Assembly (NCBI RefSeq): GCF_964204645.1
Contig: NC_134035.1
Span: 4,836,001 to 4,900,000, forward strand
DNA from: Tubulanus polymorphus
Lineage: Eukaryota; Animalia; Nemertea
Direction of reading: 5' to 3'
DNA length: 64,000 bases
Numbering within the stretch: the stretch's first letter is position 1; each line of letters starts with the position of its first letter. Both the position numbers and the translations under genes were made by a program. Positions 39,301-49,400 of the stretch are shown here, one piece after another. The notes under the pieces were generated by a model that had not been told where the DNA came from, did no database searches, and saw nothing but the letters and a program-made list of their open reading frames with translations.

Positions 39301-42300
39301 TCCGATATTGCAGAAGACACTGGCAAACTACGTGTGCACCAGAGATCGCACGAGTAGCCAGACTCACACACGTGAGACCTCACAGTTCAAGTAAACGCTT
39401 ATACAGATAAAATGCTTGCGAAATCATGTTAAATTTATTGGATCGATAACGCAAGGTGAAGCAATTAATTGAGTTACTATTTATTTATTCATTCTGTTTA
39501 CCTATAATAAAACACACATCCCGCAAATTAATCCTGCTAGGCCGCGAGCGCTGCTATACGCGTCCCAACAAGATCCCTGGATCTATGAACAATAACTCGT
39601 ATTGGGTAAACGATGAAATCTCACGAAACGCGTAACGGACAATGAATTCATACCTGATATCGTCGTAAAGCTGCATTTTGATCGGATTATCGATAACATC
39701 GCGTAACTGAGCGATCAAAGCCTGCAGATCTAACGTACTGAAAATAGAAATCAACCAGACTTCGAGTCTTAAAGAAAAATACATTTTACTTAGAACTCAC
39801 AACTGTGGAACTAGGTCCAGTTGCACAGTCGTGACTTAAGTCCAGAAGTGGTCTTAAATCTTAAGACTGGTCTTAAGTTGTTAGATTGGCTATAGAACTA
39901 AGTTGGTCTTAGACTGGTCTTAAGTCTAAGCCATGACTATGCAACCGGCCACAGGAGCCAGTTGCTCAAAGGTTTGTGAAAGATAAGCAACGGATAAATA
40001 CCATAGTAAAACAATGGACTTTTGATAGTTACTACGTCACCTATCCGCTGGTTAACTCTAACCAACTTTTGAGCAACTGGTCCCAGAACTCGAAAAATCC
40101 GGATCCAGTTTCACAATTGTGAGTATAAGAGTAACCTCACGAGATAAATCTTAACTCGAAACCGTGGAACTAGGTTCAGAACTCAAAATCTGGATCTAGT
40201 TTCACAATTGAGAGTTAGAGTAACCTCTCCAGTCAAATCTTAACTCACAACAGTGAAACTAGGTCCAGAACAAAGTTCCACCTCTAACCTATAGCCTATT
40301 GAGCAAATATCTTGTCGTCAGTTGTTCGGAAACTAATGAAATTATGGCATCGAGAAATGAATATGCTTCATGGATTGCTCCGATGATTACTATCCGATGG
40401 TTAGGGTTTATTCTACTTAATTCTCGGATCAAAAAATTACAAATAATCTTGAAGGTCAGGGTAAACCCAAAAGCATGTTACATTCCTTCTTCAATTTTAC
40501 CATTGGGTCTTATCTGTGTACAGCGTAGAATAAACTGCATGTAATAAATATGCAGTAAAAGTTTGAAAGAACTAAGAAATTGTACGCGTTGATTACAATT
40601 TTGGAAGTACAACTAGGGCTGAAATGAAAATCCTGACATAGATGGATGCATCATGATTTTGGGAAGGAAAAAAGTTTTCTTACGTTACCTTTGATAACGT
40701 CTGAGAACAGCGTATAAAACTTCGCGATCCGGTTCGTCAGGAAGCACATTCTGCACCTGTGTCAAATAAAAATATCACGATTAACTTCATGACTTTATTC
40801 GATCTCTCTGGTCCTTTAAAATCCTGCCTGAGAAGCACGCTTTTCCACATGCCAGTACTGTTATCAATCGCCGTGTTCGGAAAATTTAGCTCTGTCTAAA
40901 AAATGACCACCTTCCCCTCAAATCAACATACTAGTATACGTAAACCAGAAAACAACTCTCTCTTTTCCTGCTATTCGTCGCTATATTTACCTTAGTCATG
41001 ATATTTGTCCTTAATCGAACTATCCTATCATCCCAACTTGTGTTAAAATACGTCCAATCCATTGCTGAACCCAGTTTTTATACATATCAAGTTTTTTTTT
41101 CAAGTAATCTCAACGCGGGGCTATGAATTTAGTGGAATTAATCGGAAGCACAAATTTTTTTAAACTATATTGCTGCCTAATTTTTAAGTTTTGCAATAGG
41201 AAATTAAATTATTTTTCAATGAAAAATAAGTTATATTGTAAACTCTAATTCAAACACTATTTCTACATCCGATGATGAGTAAGTTACATATACAAAATCC
41301 TCCTGTTTCAGTTCACACAGATTTGAACGTTTTTAAATCTTAAACTCTTAAGGTGAACGCATTGTCATGAAGAGATGAATAACATGGAAACATTGCAGCG
41401 AAATTGTTACCGCTCTGAGCAAATAATCTCGAGATCGTGAATAATTAAATGCGCGCAGCAACAAGTTGATCATTAATAGGTTTGATTACCTGTCTATATG
41501 CGTGGTATCTAATTACACTTTAACGTCGCCGGGGAGGCATACGCAGGAAATCTATCAGAGGGTGAATTAGCGACCAGCTTATCACCTTACGGTCACAGTA
41601 GACTGCAGTTTGACCTTAATGGGTATACTTTATAGTGAAACATTAATTAATTAACAACTAACCACCCGTTCTAGTCATTCGAATTAAAAGACCTACAGGA
41701 TCAGGTATGTTCTCCAAACCAAGCTCAGCCAAGAACTGATGTCCTTTTTAAAACAGGTTGAAATCGACATTTGGTGAATAGCGTTTTAACACATTTGAAT
41801 CTGGGATTGTGACTATAGTATAGGCAGACTTTCAGCCAGTATTACAACAGTCAAAATGAATTACATGCATTTTTAAAAGGTTTGACCTGAAAAAAATACC
41901 GACTTGCCAATGTCTACGAGATATGTGAAAATACGAATAAAAGAAGTTGACTGCCACCACTAGAAGAACACAATTTCGCACATGCTCACCACTTCAAAAT
42001 AATTGCCCCTTAACTCTTTCAGTGCGGACTAATTAATACCCTATAGTGCTGGAGATAATTTGAAAATTTTGAATCCACCCTAATGTGTTGATTAACGGGA
42101 ATACCACTATAGTGCGTCTACACTGCGGCGCAGTGTATCGATAGTTACTGATATTTCACTATTTGACAGGTACTGCCATCTTTCAAGAGAGATAATTACT
42201 AATTACATCAATGCACCGCAGTGCGGTGTACTAGCAAAATCCATCACTGATTTATACACCGCACTGCAGCGTAGACGTACTGAAAGGATTAAGGGCTACC

Positions 42301-42848
42301 AATAGAAAAGCGCTAAGTTTTCTATGCTTTGGATACCGCTGCTGAAAAGTAGCGCTACTTATGAAACTCGACATAAGGCCTAGGCCTAGTTGATGTCATA
42401 GCCTATGCTATTATAAATACTATGTGATATATTTGAAATTACAAAATATATATTCAAATTTGATGTAGCGAAAATCTTAGCAAAATCTGACACATATCGC
42501 TACTTTTCAACTGCAAGGTCCCTTATAACTTGACAGAATGAAGCCAAGAAATGATTGAAGCCAAGCCAAGACTTATCGGCATAACACATGTTTTCCTGTC
42601 CAGACCTGTGGTCTAATTAAGGTTGAAAAGACCTATTCTTACTACGATGCAAATGAAAGGCTGTGAGGCCATGTCAACTCCCTCCAAAATGTACTAACTT
42701 GACTCCAAGACCAAATGTCCAAAATTCAACTACTAAAACTACTTAGTACTAGCCCTCCTCGGACTGCTGCCTATTTACATTATTTTTAGCGACGAAATAA
42801 ATAACCTACCTTGGTGTTGAATTCCTTAGCCACACGACGCTCCATCAT
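21304..42848 (-). CDS. USH1C: Harmonin (Usher 1C; N-domain, 3 PDZ domains, coiled coil), 21 exons, ~726 aa
   Basis: Phase-consistent GT-AG exons: 42848-42810, 40756-40689, 39737-39654, 37790-37663, 37589-37516, 37227-37119, 37031-37007, 36928-36868, 36593-36508, 35715-35514, 35406-35282, 33150-32939, 31972-31895, 31792-31746, 31124-30924, 29958-29723, 26409-26286, 25865-25763, 25151-25042, 24461-24406, 21316-21304. Peptides [66 protein letters not shown] and [12 protein letters not shown] parallel vertebrate harmonin ([13 protein letters not shown] ... PPKEYDDELTFF). Confidence 0.95.
22767..23022. mobile_element. MITE with CAGGGTGGCCAC termini (hAT-like)
   Basis: TIR CAGGGTGGCCACT ... AGTGGCCACCCTG; no clean TSD. 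Confidence 0.65.
23418..23546 (+). mobile_element. Family B Penelope-like insertion with a degenerate hammerhead
   Basis: TTTTCT-CTGATGA-T-GAAGT..ACTCC-GAAG-CC-GTC-AGAAAA; ATAATGCT duplicated at 23410-23417 and 23547-23554. Confidence 0.65.
23939..24223. mobile_element. piggyBac-like MITE; further copies at ~25281-25497, 42014-42288 and 47272-47768
   Basis: TTAA|CCCTTTCAGTGC ... GCACTGAAAGGG|TTAA; internal sequence shared among four copies. Confidence 0.8.
24538..24921. mobile_element. MITE family, second copy at ~38840-39189
   Basis: Shared TCCCTACAGATCAGT ... AAGGAATC(G/A)AGGA..TAGGGA sequence and degenerate CAGGGTCCCTA-type TIRs. Confidence 0.65.
26057..26232. mobile_element. Tigger/pogo-type MITE; inverted copy at ~36651-36841
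   Basis: TA|CAGTGAACCCCTGATATAC ... GTATATCGGGGCTTGAACG|TA. Confidence 0.65.
27332..28327. repeat. 69-bp minisatellite, ~14.5 copies, derived from a SINE segment
   Basis: Unit GGAAGAGATGACTGATAAACAGTTACAGATATAGGCTAGGGGTAATAATACCAATATCACTTCTCTCCA; resembles 47497-47562 of the SINE. Confidence 0.93.
28454..29399 (+). CDS. Small secreted Gly/Asn/Ser-rich protein (~113 aa), nested antisense in harmonin intron 16
   Basis: Exons 28454-28730, 29115-29173 and 29394-29399 with canonical sites and matching phase; signal peptide [27 protein letters not shown] repeats, several NST sequons, poly-Ser/acidic tract, C-terminal RRKR furin site; candidate 5'UTR exon ends at 27160 (AAG|GTAAGA). Confidence 0.75.
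30006..30264. mobile_element. Family A Penelope-like palindromic insertion with a 15-bp TSD
   Basis: Perfect 114-bp-arm palindrome 30003-30231 (centre 30117); CAAAACAGTTCCATA duplicated at 29991-30005 and 30265-30279. Confidence 0.85.
30122..30161 (+). ncRNA. Minimal hammerhead ribozyme motif; mirror copy on minus strand at 30073-30112
   Basis: CGC-CTGATGA-T-GGCTAA(tagtct)TTAGCC-GAAAC-GTT-GCG: core boxes, stem II, palindromic AACGTT stem III, stem I CGC/GCG. Confidence 0.7.
30371..30654. mobile_element. MITE with CAGGGCTGGC termini
   Basis: TIR CAGGGCTGGC/GCCAGCCCTG, flanked by AATTA on both sides. Confidence 0.65.
31194..31306. mobile_element. Short palindromic insertion related to family A
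   Basis: TAGAGAGAATCCCACAATAA ... TTATTGTAGGATTCTCTCTA; 12-bp TSD ATCACAAAATTG at 31182-31193 and 31307-31318. Confidence 0.7.
33609..34322. mobile_element. Family C Penelope-like palindromic insertion (hammerhead-like) hosting a younger foldback element
   Basis: AAACATATC duplicated at 33600-33608 and 34323-34331; combined copies give CAC-CTGATGA-A-GCTACTA..TAGTAGC-GAAA-GCTC-GTG. Confidence 0.7.
33759..34255. mobile_element. Foldback-type MITE with 171-bp perfect TIRs and a TA duplication
   Basis: 33759-33929 is the reverse complement of 34085-34255; the interior is imperfectly symmetric; TA at 33757-33758 and 34256-34257. Confidence 0.85.
34826..35256. repeat. Imperfect ~22-23 bp minisatellite (GAGGCANACATGAACATGTATCT-like)
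   Basis: Repeated TGAGGCA...CATGTA units in harmonin intron 11. Confidence 0.85.
35740..35917. mobile_element. Family C Penelope-like palindromic insertion with a 14-bp TSD
   Basis: AACAACATAGAAGA at 35726-35739 and 35918-35931; CAC-CTGATGA-AGCT at 35833; ends TAGTTAACCTATAAAGT like the 33.6-kb copy. Confidence 0.75.
39790..40270. mobile_element. Cluster of adjacent MITEs (GG.CCAGTTG-type TIRs); related copies at ~48446-48590 and 57371-57495
   Basis: GGTCCAGTTGCACAGTCGTG...CATGACTATGCAACCGGCC and GGAGCCAGTTGCTCAAA...TTTGAGCAACTGGTCC. Confidence 0.7.
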
Positions 42849-43473
42849 CACTTCGAAATGCGGGTTATTCACAGTTTTACAGCGCTAAAATTTGACATTA
42901 TTTGTTGTTATTTACAGTTTGGGCGCACAACGGGAAACCCGGAAATGAAAACCTTAGGGAATCCCCTGTCCGCGATCGGGATTTCGTCAATTCAATTGAA
43001 TTTATTTCTAAAGATTCTTAGACTGAAACTGATAAATACAATTCAATAAGTATGTTAAAGTGATAAAAAACTTTGACATATTCAAATGAAATTTAAATTA
43101 GAGTAGTTTTGAAGCCTTGCACGCGCAGAAAACCCGGAAAGGGAATTGCTGGAATTCCCCTTTTGTAGCGGGGATTCCACAAGTGCAATTTATTTATTTT
43201 CAAGCGAGAACGGTGCATTTTAATTTCTAACACGAATCAATCACGTTTTGTAAAGAACGAATTACTCTTGAAATGAAATTAAGATAAATCAAAATGAAAT
43301 TTGACTTTTCAGTTTTCGCACGCGCAGGAAACCCGGAAATGAAAATCGTGGAATTCCCCTTGGACATTCTTCCGGGTGGTCTATTCTAGATATTTCGTCG
43401 ACGCGCGTGAATACGGTCGCACGCTCCTACCAATTTCTCTCCGATATCCACCGATCTCTTCGAACGAGCGAAA
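42849..43473. promoter_or_regulatory. Bidirectional promoter region between USH1C and FKBP4, with a triplicated motif block
   Basis: Start codons are 625 bp apart; AAACCCGGAAA...GGAAT(T)CCCCT occurs at ~42935, 43130 and 43329; imperfect heat-shock element TTCtaGAtatTTC at ~43384. Confidence 0.7.
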
Positions 43474-46400
43474 ATGACGTCCACGGCACCCGCCGCTGAT
43501 ATCGACGCCGCTTACAAACCCTTCAAAGGCGACGATTTCGACGACGAAGTGAACGATCCGTTGAAGGAACCCGAACGAGCTCCTCCCGGCGAACCGGAGG
43601 ATATTTCCACCGATCAGGACGGCGGACTCGTCAAACAGGTTTTACGGATAGGATGGGGCGAATCGCCGTTGTCCGGTGATAAAGTTCGCGTTCATTATTT
43701 GGGAACATTTTTAGACGGCACGAAATTCGACTCGAGCTACGACCGAAATGAGTTCTTCGAATTTGAATTGGGGAAAGGTACGTGTGACCTATATTACGTC
43801 CTTTTCATATTAAGATGGCCTTTTTGGAATTTTATCAAATTCTGTGAAACTTTCAGTTTCTAAGACGAAAATCATTTTGCCCTTATCTCCAAACAGTGAT
43901 TTAATCCAATTTGGCCGCCTTAATATGCATGAGGCGTACTGTATTATGTGTATTAATGATGAACAATAAAGTAAGCCAACAATTCAACATTTAACATGTC
44001 TACTTATAGGTCAGGTTATTAAAGCCTGGGACATCGGCGTTCCAACCATGAAACGAAACGAAAAAGCCAAGTTCGTCTGCAAACCCGAATACGCTTACGG
44101 GGAACACGGCAGCGGAAAAATACCGCCGCACGCTACGTTAGTTTTCGAAATCGAGTTGAAAGATTGGACGAGTGAAGATATCTCGCCGAAAGGCAGCGAA
44201 GGATTGATTTACAGGCGAACTCTTCGTAAGGGTGAAGGTTACAAGATGCCCAACGATGGTGGTGTAGTGGAAGGTAATATTTCTGATTGCGTTTGAAGTA
44301 GTATTTATTTAACACTTTTTTAAAATCAATTTTTATACTGGCATGCATTAGTTTCGACTGTAGTTTTACTGAAACCTAGAAACTGTACTCCTTCAGACAG
44401 TCTGTAGCCTGTAACCATTCCCTGTCAGACATGATTCCACCCTTTCAGATTTTCACCATTTTAGTGTTAAGCGTGGACGATCAGTTTATGAAAGTATGCT
44501 GATGAAATATGGAATGTCTGGTGTTTGTAGTTCATTTTCAATTAAAATGTCTTAGGTGAAATTCGGGGTCCAGTTTCATAGACTGGTATCATCTTTAACC
44601 TAGGGGCCCGTTTTGTAGACTGGTATTAACTTTAACCCAGGGCTTAACTCAGTTGCAAATGAATTGAGTTAGCCCCTGGGGTAAAGTTAGTACTAGTCTA
44701 TAAAATGGGGCCCTGGACGCATGTGAAGTATGGATGATCAGTTTATGCTGATAGTGAGGTTGTACAGGGTGCGGGCTGCAGACTGAATCCATATCTGTGT
44801 TAAATTCTAAACCTAATCTAATCCTTCTCTGGAAGGGTATCAGGACAATTCCCCCCCCCCCCCGAATGAAATCTTTTTAATGTTGAAGTAACACAGATAT
44901 TTACTTCAAATTAATTACACAAAGTGAACTAATACTAGCTTATTACTCAAGGACTGCTTTAAAATTTTTGATCTGCACACAACATCAGTAATTCTATATC
45001 TTATAAATCTATATTCAATAATATACAAATGAATTTCTAAGTAAAGTATTTAGGTGGTGTTAATCCAAATGATAATCAAAAAGGATTTTATTCGGGGGGG
45101 GGGGGCAATTGTCCTAGAATCCTCTGGAAGTTAGGGCAATAACCTTGCACTCAAGTACAGCCTTCTGGCTTACCCATTGTCCTTTCCAAATTATCTGATG
45201 CTGTATTTATGAAATTTATTGTAAAAGGGAGATAAGTGAAGAAATTTTATTCTAACAGTGCACATCGTCGGCCATTACGATAAAAAACAATTCGACGATC
45301 GCGAAGTGAAATTCGTCGTCGGCGAAGGCAGCGAATCGGGAATCATCGACGGAATCGAACACGCCGTGAAGAAGTTCAAGCAGGGTGAGAAATCGCGGCT
45401 GAAAATCAAATCGAAACTAGCGTTCGGTAAAGATGGCAAAGAGGAATGGGGAATCCCGGCAGATGCGGATATCGAATACGACGTCGAGTTGAAGAATTTT
45501 GAGCGTGTACGTATGATTTAATGGTTTGGCTGATCGTGATGCTTAGAATCCCTAAAAACCTTTGAGTCGGAGTTTTTGAAAAACTGTATTCTTCTTTTAT
45601 AGGCTAAAGAAGGTTGGGAAATGGACGCAGAAGAGAAACTTGACCAGTCGCAAATAGTTAAAGACAAAGGAACGAATTATTTCAAGGTCAGTTAAATACG
45701 TGAAATTCAGTTGATCGAAGAAAGTGTTTCGTAAAATGTGCCTTACTCAGTTACTGTAAATATTTTTGATTGAGTTATAAAGGAATACTGAGTTCGGGAC
45801 TCGGTTCAAGTATTGTCAAATTTATACCGAGAATTGGCGAAATTAAACCACAAATTTCAGCTATTTTGAATTGAAGGCTAGTTCCTCTTTATTTTTATGC
45901 AAAAAAAAACAACAATTACGAGTTGAAGTTTTGGAAACGTCCAATATCGATTTGTAGATTTTCTTTAATTGAATTAAAACGGTAACTTTAAATCTTATTT
46001 TATTTGTAACTTCGAAGGATGGAAAATATAAATTAGCGGTGAAACAATACAAGCAAGTGATCGATTATCTGGAGGAGAAACAGGATCATGAGTTTAACGG
46101 GGACGATGAGAAAACTCGCCGCTCGAAACTCATGTCGGCGGCGTATTTCAACATGAGTTTATGTTACATCAAAGTAAAGAACTGGTTCGAGGCTTACCGA
46201 GCGGCCGACCGCGGACTCGACCTCGATAAGAATAACGAGAAGGGCCTCTATCGTCGTGGTTTGGTGAGTAGCGAGCGAATATAGATATGTTTCATTTAAG
46301 GTGTGAGAAAGGAATGGCTGGTATCTGATCCATAAAGCCACAACAGAATCTCAAGTTAAACAAAATTGATCCTTGAAAATAGTATATATGTCTTTGTACG

Positions 46401-49400
46401 ATACTGGAACATACTGTGGAACCTCGTTACGACGAACTCGGACACAACGATTCATCGGATATAACAAATATAGAACTTTGTCCCAAGTCAGATAATCTAA
46501 TTAATTACATGCTGGATATGAAGAACTATGGGTTACAACGAGCATGTTTTCTGGTCCCGTGAAGCTCGTTGTAACGAGGTTCCACTGTGTATACTATTTT
46601 CAAGGATGAATTTTGTTTTAGTTGTGATTCTGTTGAGGCTTTATAGATCAGTCGACTCTACTGGTTGTAGTGTCAGGTCTAGTTAGGCTTAAGTTGTGTA
46701 TCCATAATCGGTGCACTAGGCTGATGTAGATAACTCCTTACGAGTCATTGCTAGGAGTCACTTCTCACCCTGTAGAACCACTAATCTGAAATCAGGTTCT
46801 TGTAAGTGCAGTAGACTGCTTACATCTTAAGTTAGCCTATGGAAATTCAATTGCTATACAATTGAAATTAGGTTCTTAAATTTTTTGTTGACAATCAGCT
46901 GATAAATTCTAGTTAAGAGGCACCCGAAGTTAGACTGTGGAAATTTAATTGATATTCAATAGAAATCAGGTTCTTAAGATTTTACTTTACATTAAGCCGA
47001 TAAATTCTAGTTAAGAAGAGCCCGTCTTTGATGCGCGTGCGCTTTTCATTTCAGGCTCGTTACGAATTACGCGATTTCGACGAAGCTGAGAGGGATTTGA
47101 AACGCGTTCTCGAAATCGACCCGAAGAACAAAGCCGCGCATAATCAACTGATACTGTGTCGACAGAAAATCAAAACGGAGAGGGAGGTGGCGAAAAAGAA
47201 ATACTTCGGCATGTTCGATAAGTTCGCTAAGATCGACGAAAAGGTACGAGATAAAAGATTTCTATTACCTCAAGTCTTTCAGTGCTGTCTTAAAAGTGTC
47301 CCTAAAGCGTGGAGCAGTATGGCCGAGTGATTGGAGTGCTCGGCTCTGGGAAGCCAGGTCGTGGGTTCGAAACCCCGTACATTGCCGTAGTGTCCTCGGG
47401 CAAGACACTTATCCTCATCGCCTCTCTCCACCCAGGAGTAAATGGGTACCTGGTCTGATGGATGACTCCTGAGCGCCTAGCAGCTGCTCGGATGTTACCT
47501 CTCCCCAGGGAGAGATGACTGATACATGGAATAGAGTTATAGGCTGGGGGTAATAATACCAAGTTTGGAGCGCATTTGAACAAGACTCTAGTTTGGATAC
47601 TTGCGCTATGTAAATGTCAATTATTATTATTATTATTATTATTATAAAGTGCTGGAGATAATTTGAAACTTTAAAAAGAATTCCACCCCAGTGTTCAATA
47701 ACAGGCATAGCACTTTCATCGCCAATTTATACACTGCACTGCGGTGTAGATGTGCTGGTAGGGTTGAAAACGAACGCTATGAGATGGGAAAACACACGAC
47801 ATACCGGTACATAGTCTTAATGTTTCTAGCAGAATGCTTAACCATTTTCATGGTACAGTCAAATTCGAGACGGTCATTTGGTCGATGACTTACCAGTATC
47901 CAAATGACGATTTACGCTTAGTAAATTGAATTGGGAAATTACAAACTGGAATTCAAAAAATGAAAAACGACTTCAGTAATGTGTTGATATTACTGAGACT
48001 TGGGTTCGGCAGTATTTATTTGAAAGATAAACTTGAAATACGTAAATGAGAAAGATATCAGCATTTGATCATTCATTATTTACTACAAAGAAATCCGTGT
48101 AATTGCTGCCGCGTTTTGATGAACTGATTTTTGATTCATCTCTAAACAGAAAGCAAAAGAGAACAAACAAAACGGCGACGGTATGAAAAAGATCGAGGAT
48201 TGGAAGAACGAAGAGGCAGACGGAATGATCTCGCTCGAACAGGAAGCCGAAGCGTTCGGCGAAGAGATTAACGTCGTGAAAGAAGAGAAGAAGGATAGAA
48301 GTGAGAAGATGGATGCGACCGAGATGCCCACGGATCACCCCGGTAAATAGACATTACTTTCATTTCGGTATATTTCATGTGCTTTGCTAAAATCTCCACA
48401 AACAACAAGAAAAAAAGCTCGAGGTTATTCTGACTATGTAAACCCAGGGGCCTGTTCCATAGTCGAGACTTACGACCAAAAGTGGTCTTAAATCTTAAAT
48501 CTGGTCTTGAGTTGATAGATTGGCTATATAACCAAGATGGTCTTAGACTGTCTTGAGTCTAAGCCCTGTCTATGTGGAACCAGCCCCAGGGCTCAGTTGC
48601 ACGGTTATGACTTAAAAAAGGTCTTGAATCTTACACAAATGGTCTTAGATTGTGATATTGGCTACGAAAGCTAATTAGTTTAGTCTAGACCAGTTTCGAA
48701 TCTCTAAGTCTTTACTCAGTAACTAACCCCAGGAGTCCGAGTTCGTAGATCTAGACCTAGTATTGATAACAAAAAGTAAATGGCTACGATGATGAACGTT
48801 ATTGTAGCTATCCCCGACGACTTGACGGGCAGCCCGCTCGAGTGCCCTCATCTCGCTATGGTCGACGCCATGAAGAAGGCGTACGAAGACAAACAGAAAA
48901 TCGATAAAATCAAAGCGGAAAAATCGAATAAAGGTACAACGACGAGTAGTAACGATTGCGGTCAACGGCGCTTGTCCTTTGAAACAAGCGAATGTTAATT
49001 CTGCAAGTATTCGAAAAACATTTGTTACGTATTAGGTACTGCATAGGTAAGCGTCTCTTAGCATACGTTGTGATCGGTGTATTGTATGCCTCGTAAAAAG
49101 GACAAGCACTTGACCCCCATATCGTCATTACATGTGCAAGTTTGAGCATAAAACATGCATGTCTATTACGTATATTTATGATGCTTCACTCGTCTTGTTG
49201 TTTAATGTAAATAAAATAGCATGATTTGTTTATTCTTTCTCACAAAGATATGTTGGATTTTTTCATACACATATTTTACTCCCGACCCTGTGAGTAAGCG
49301 TCGCACTAGCAACTACAGACGTAGTCATCGACATACACATAGACATACACAGAGTGGTATTGATTACTGTTATCGCGAATATTGATGTCGTTTTCTCGCG

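Noticed and set aside
47311-47385. tRNA gene
   Set aside because: A and B boxes are present, but there is no complete cloverleaf and it continues into a SINE body and tail; a similar remnant lies at ~21407-21460.
48780-48998. Stand-alone 72-aa gene
   Set aside because: The conserved part is bounded by AG/GT at 48808-48933 in phase with FKBP4 exon 7; the flanking codons look intronic.
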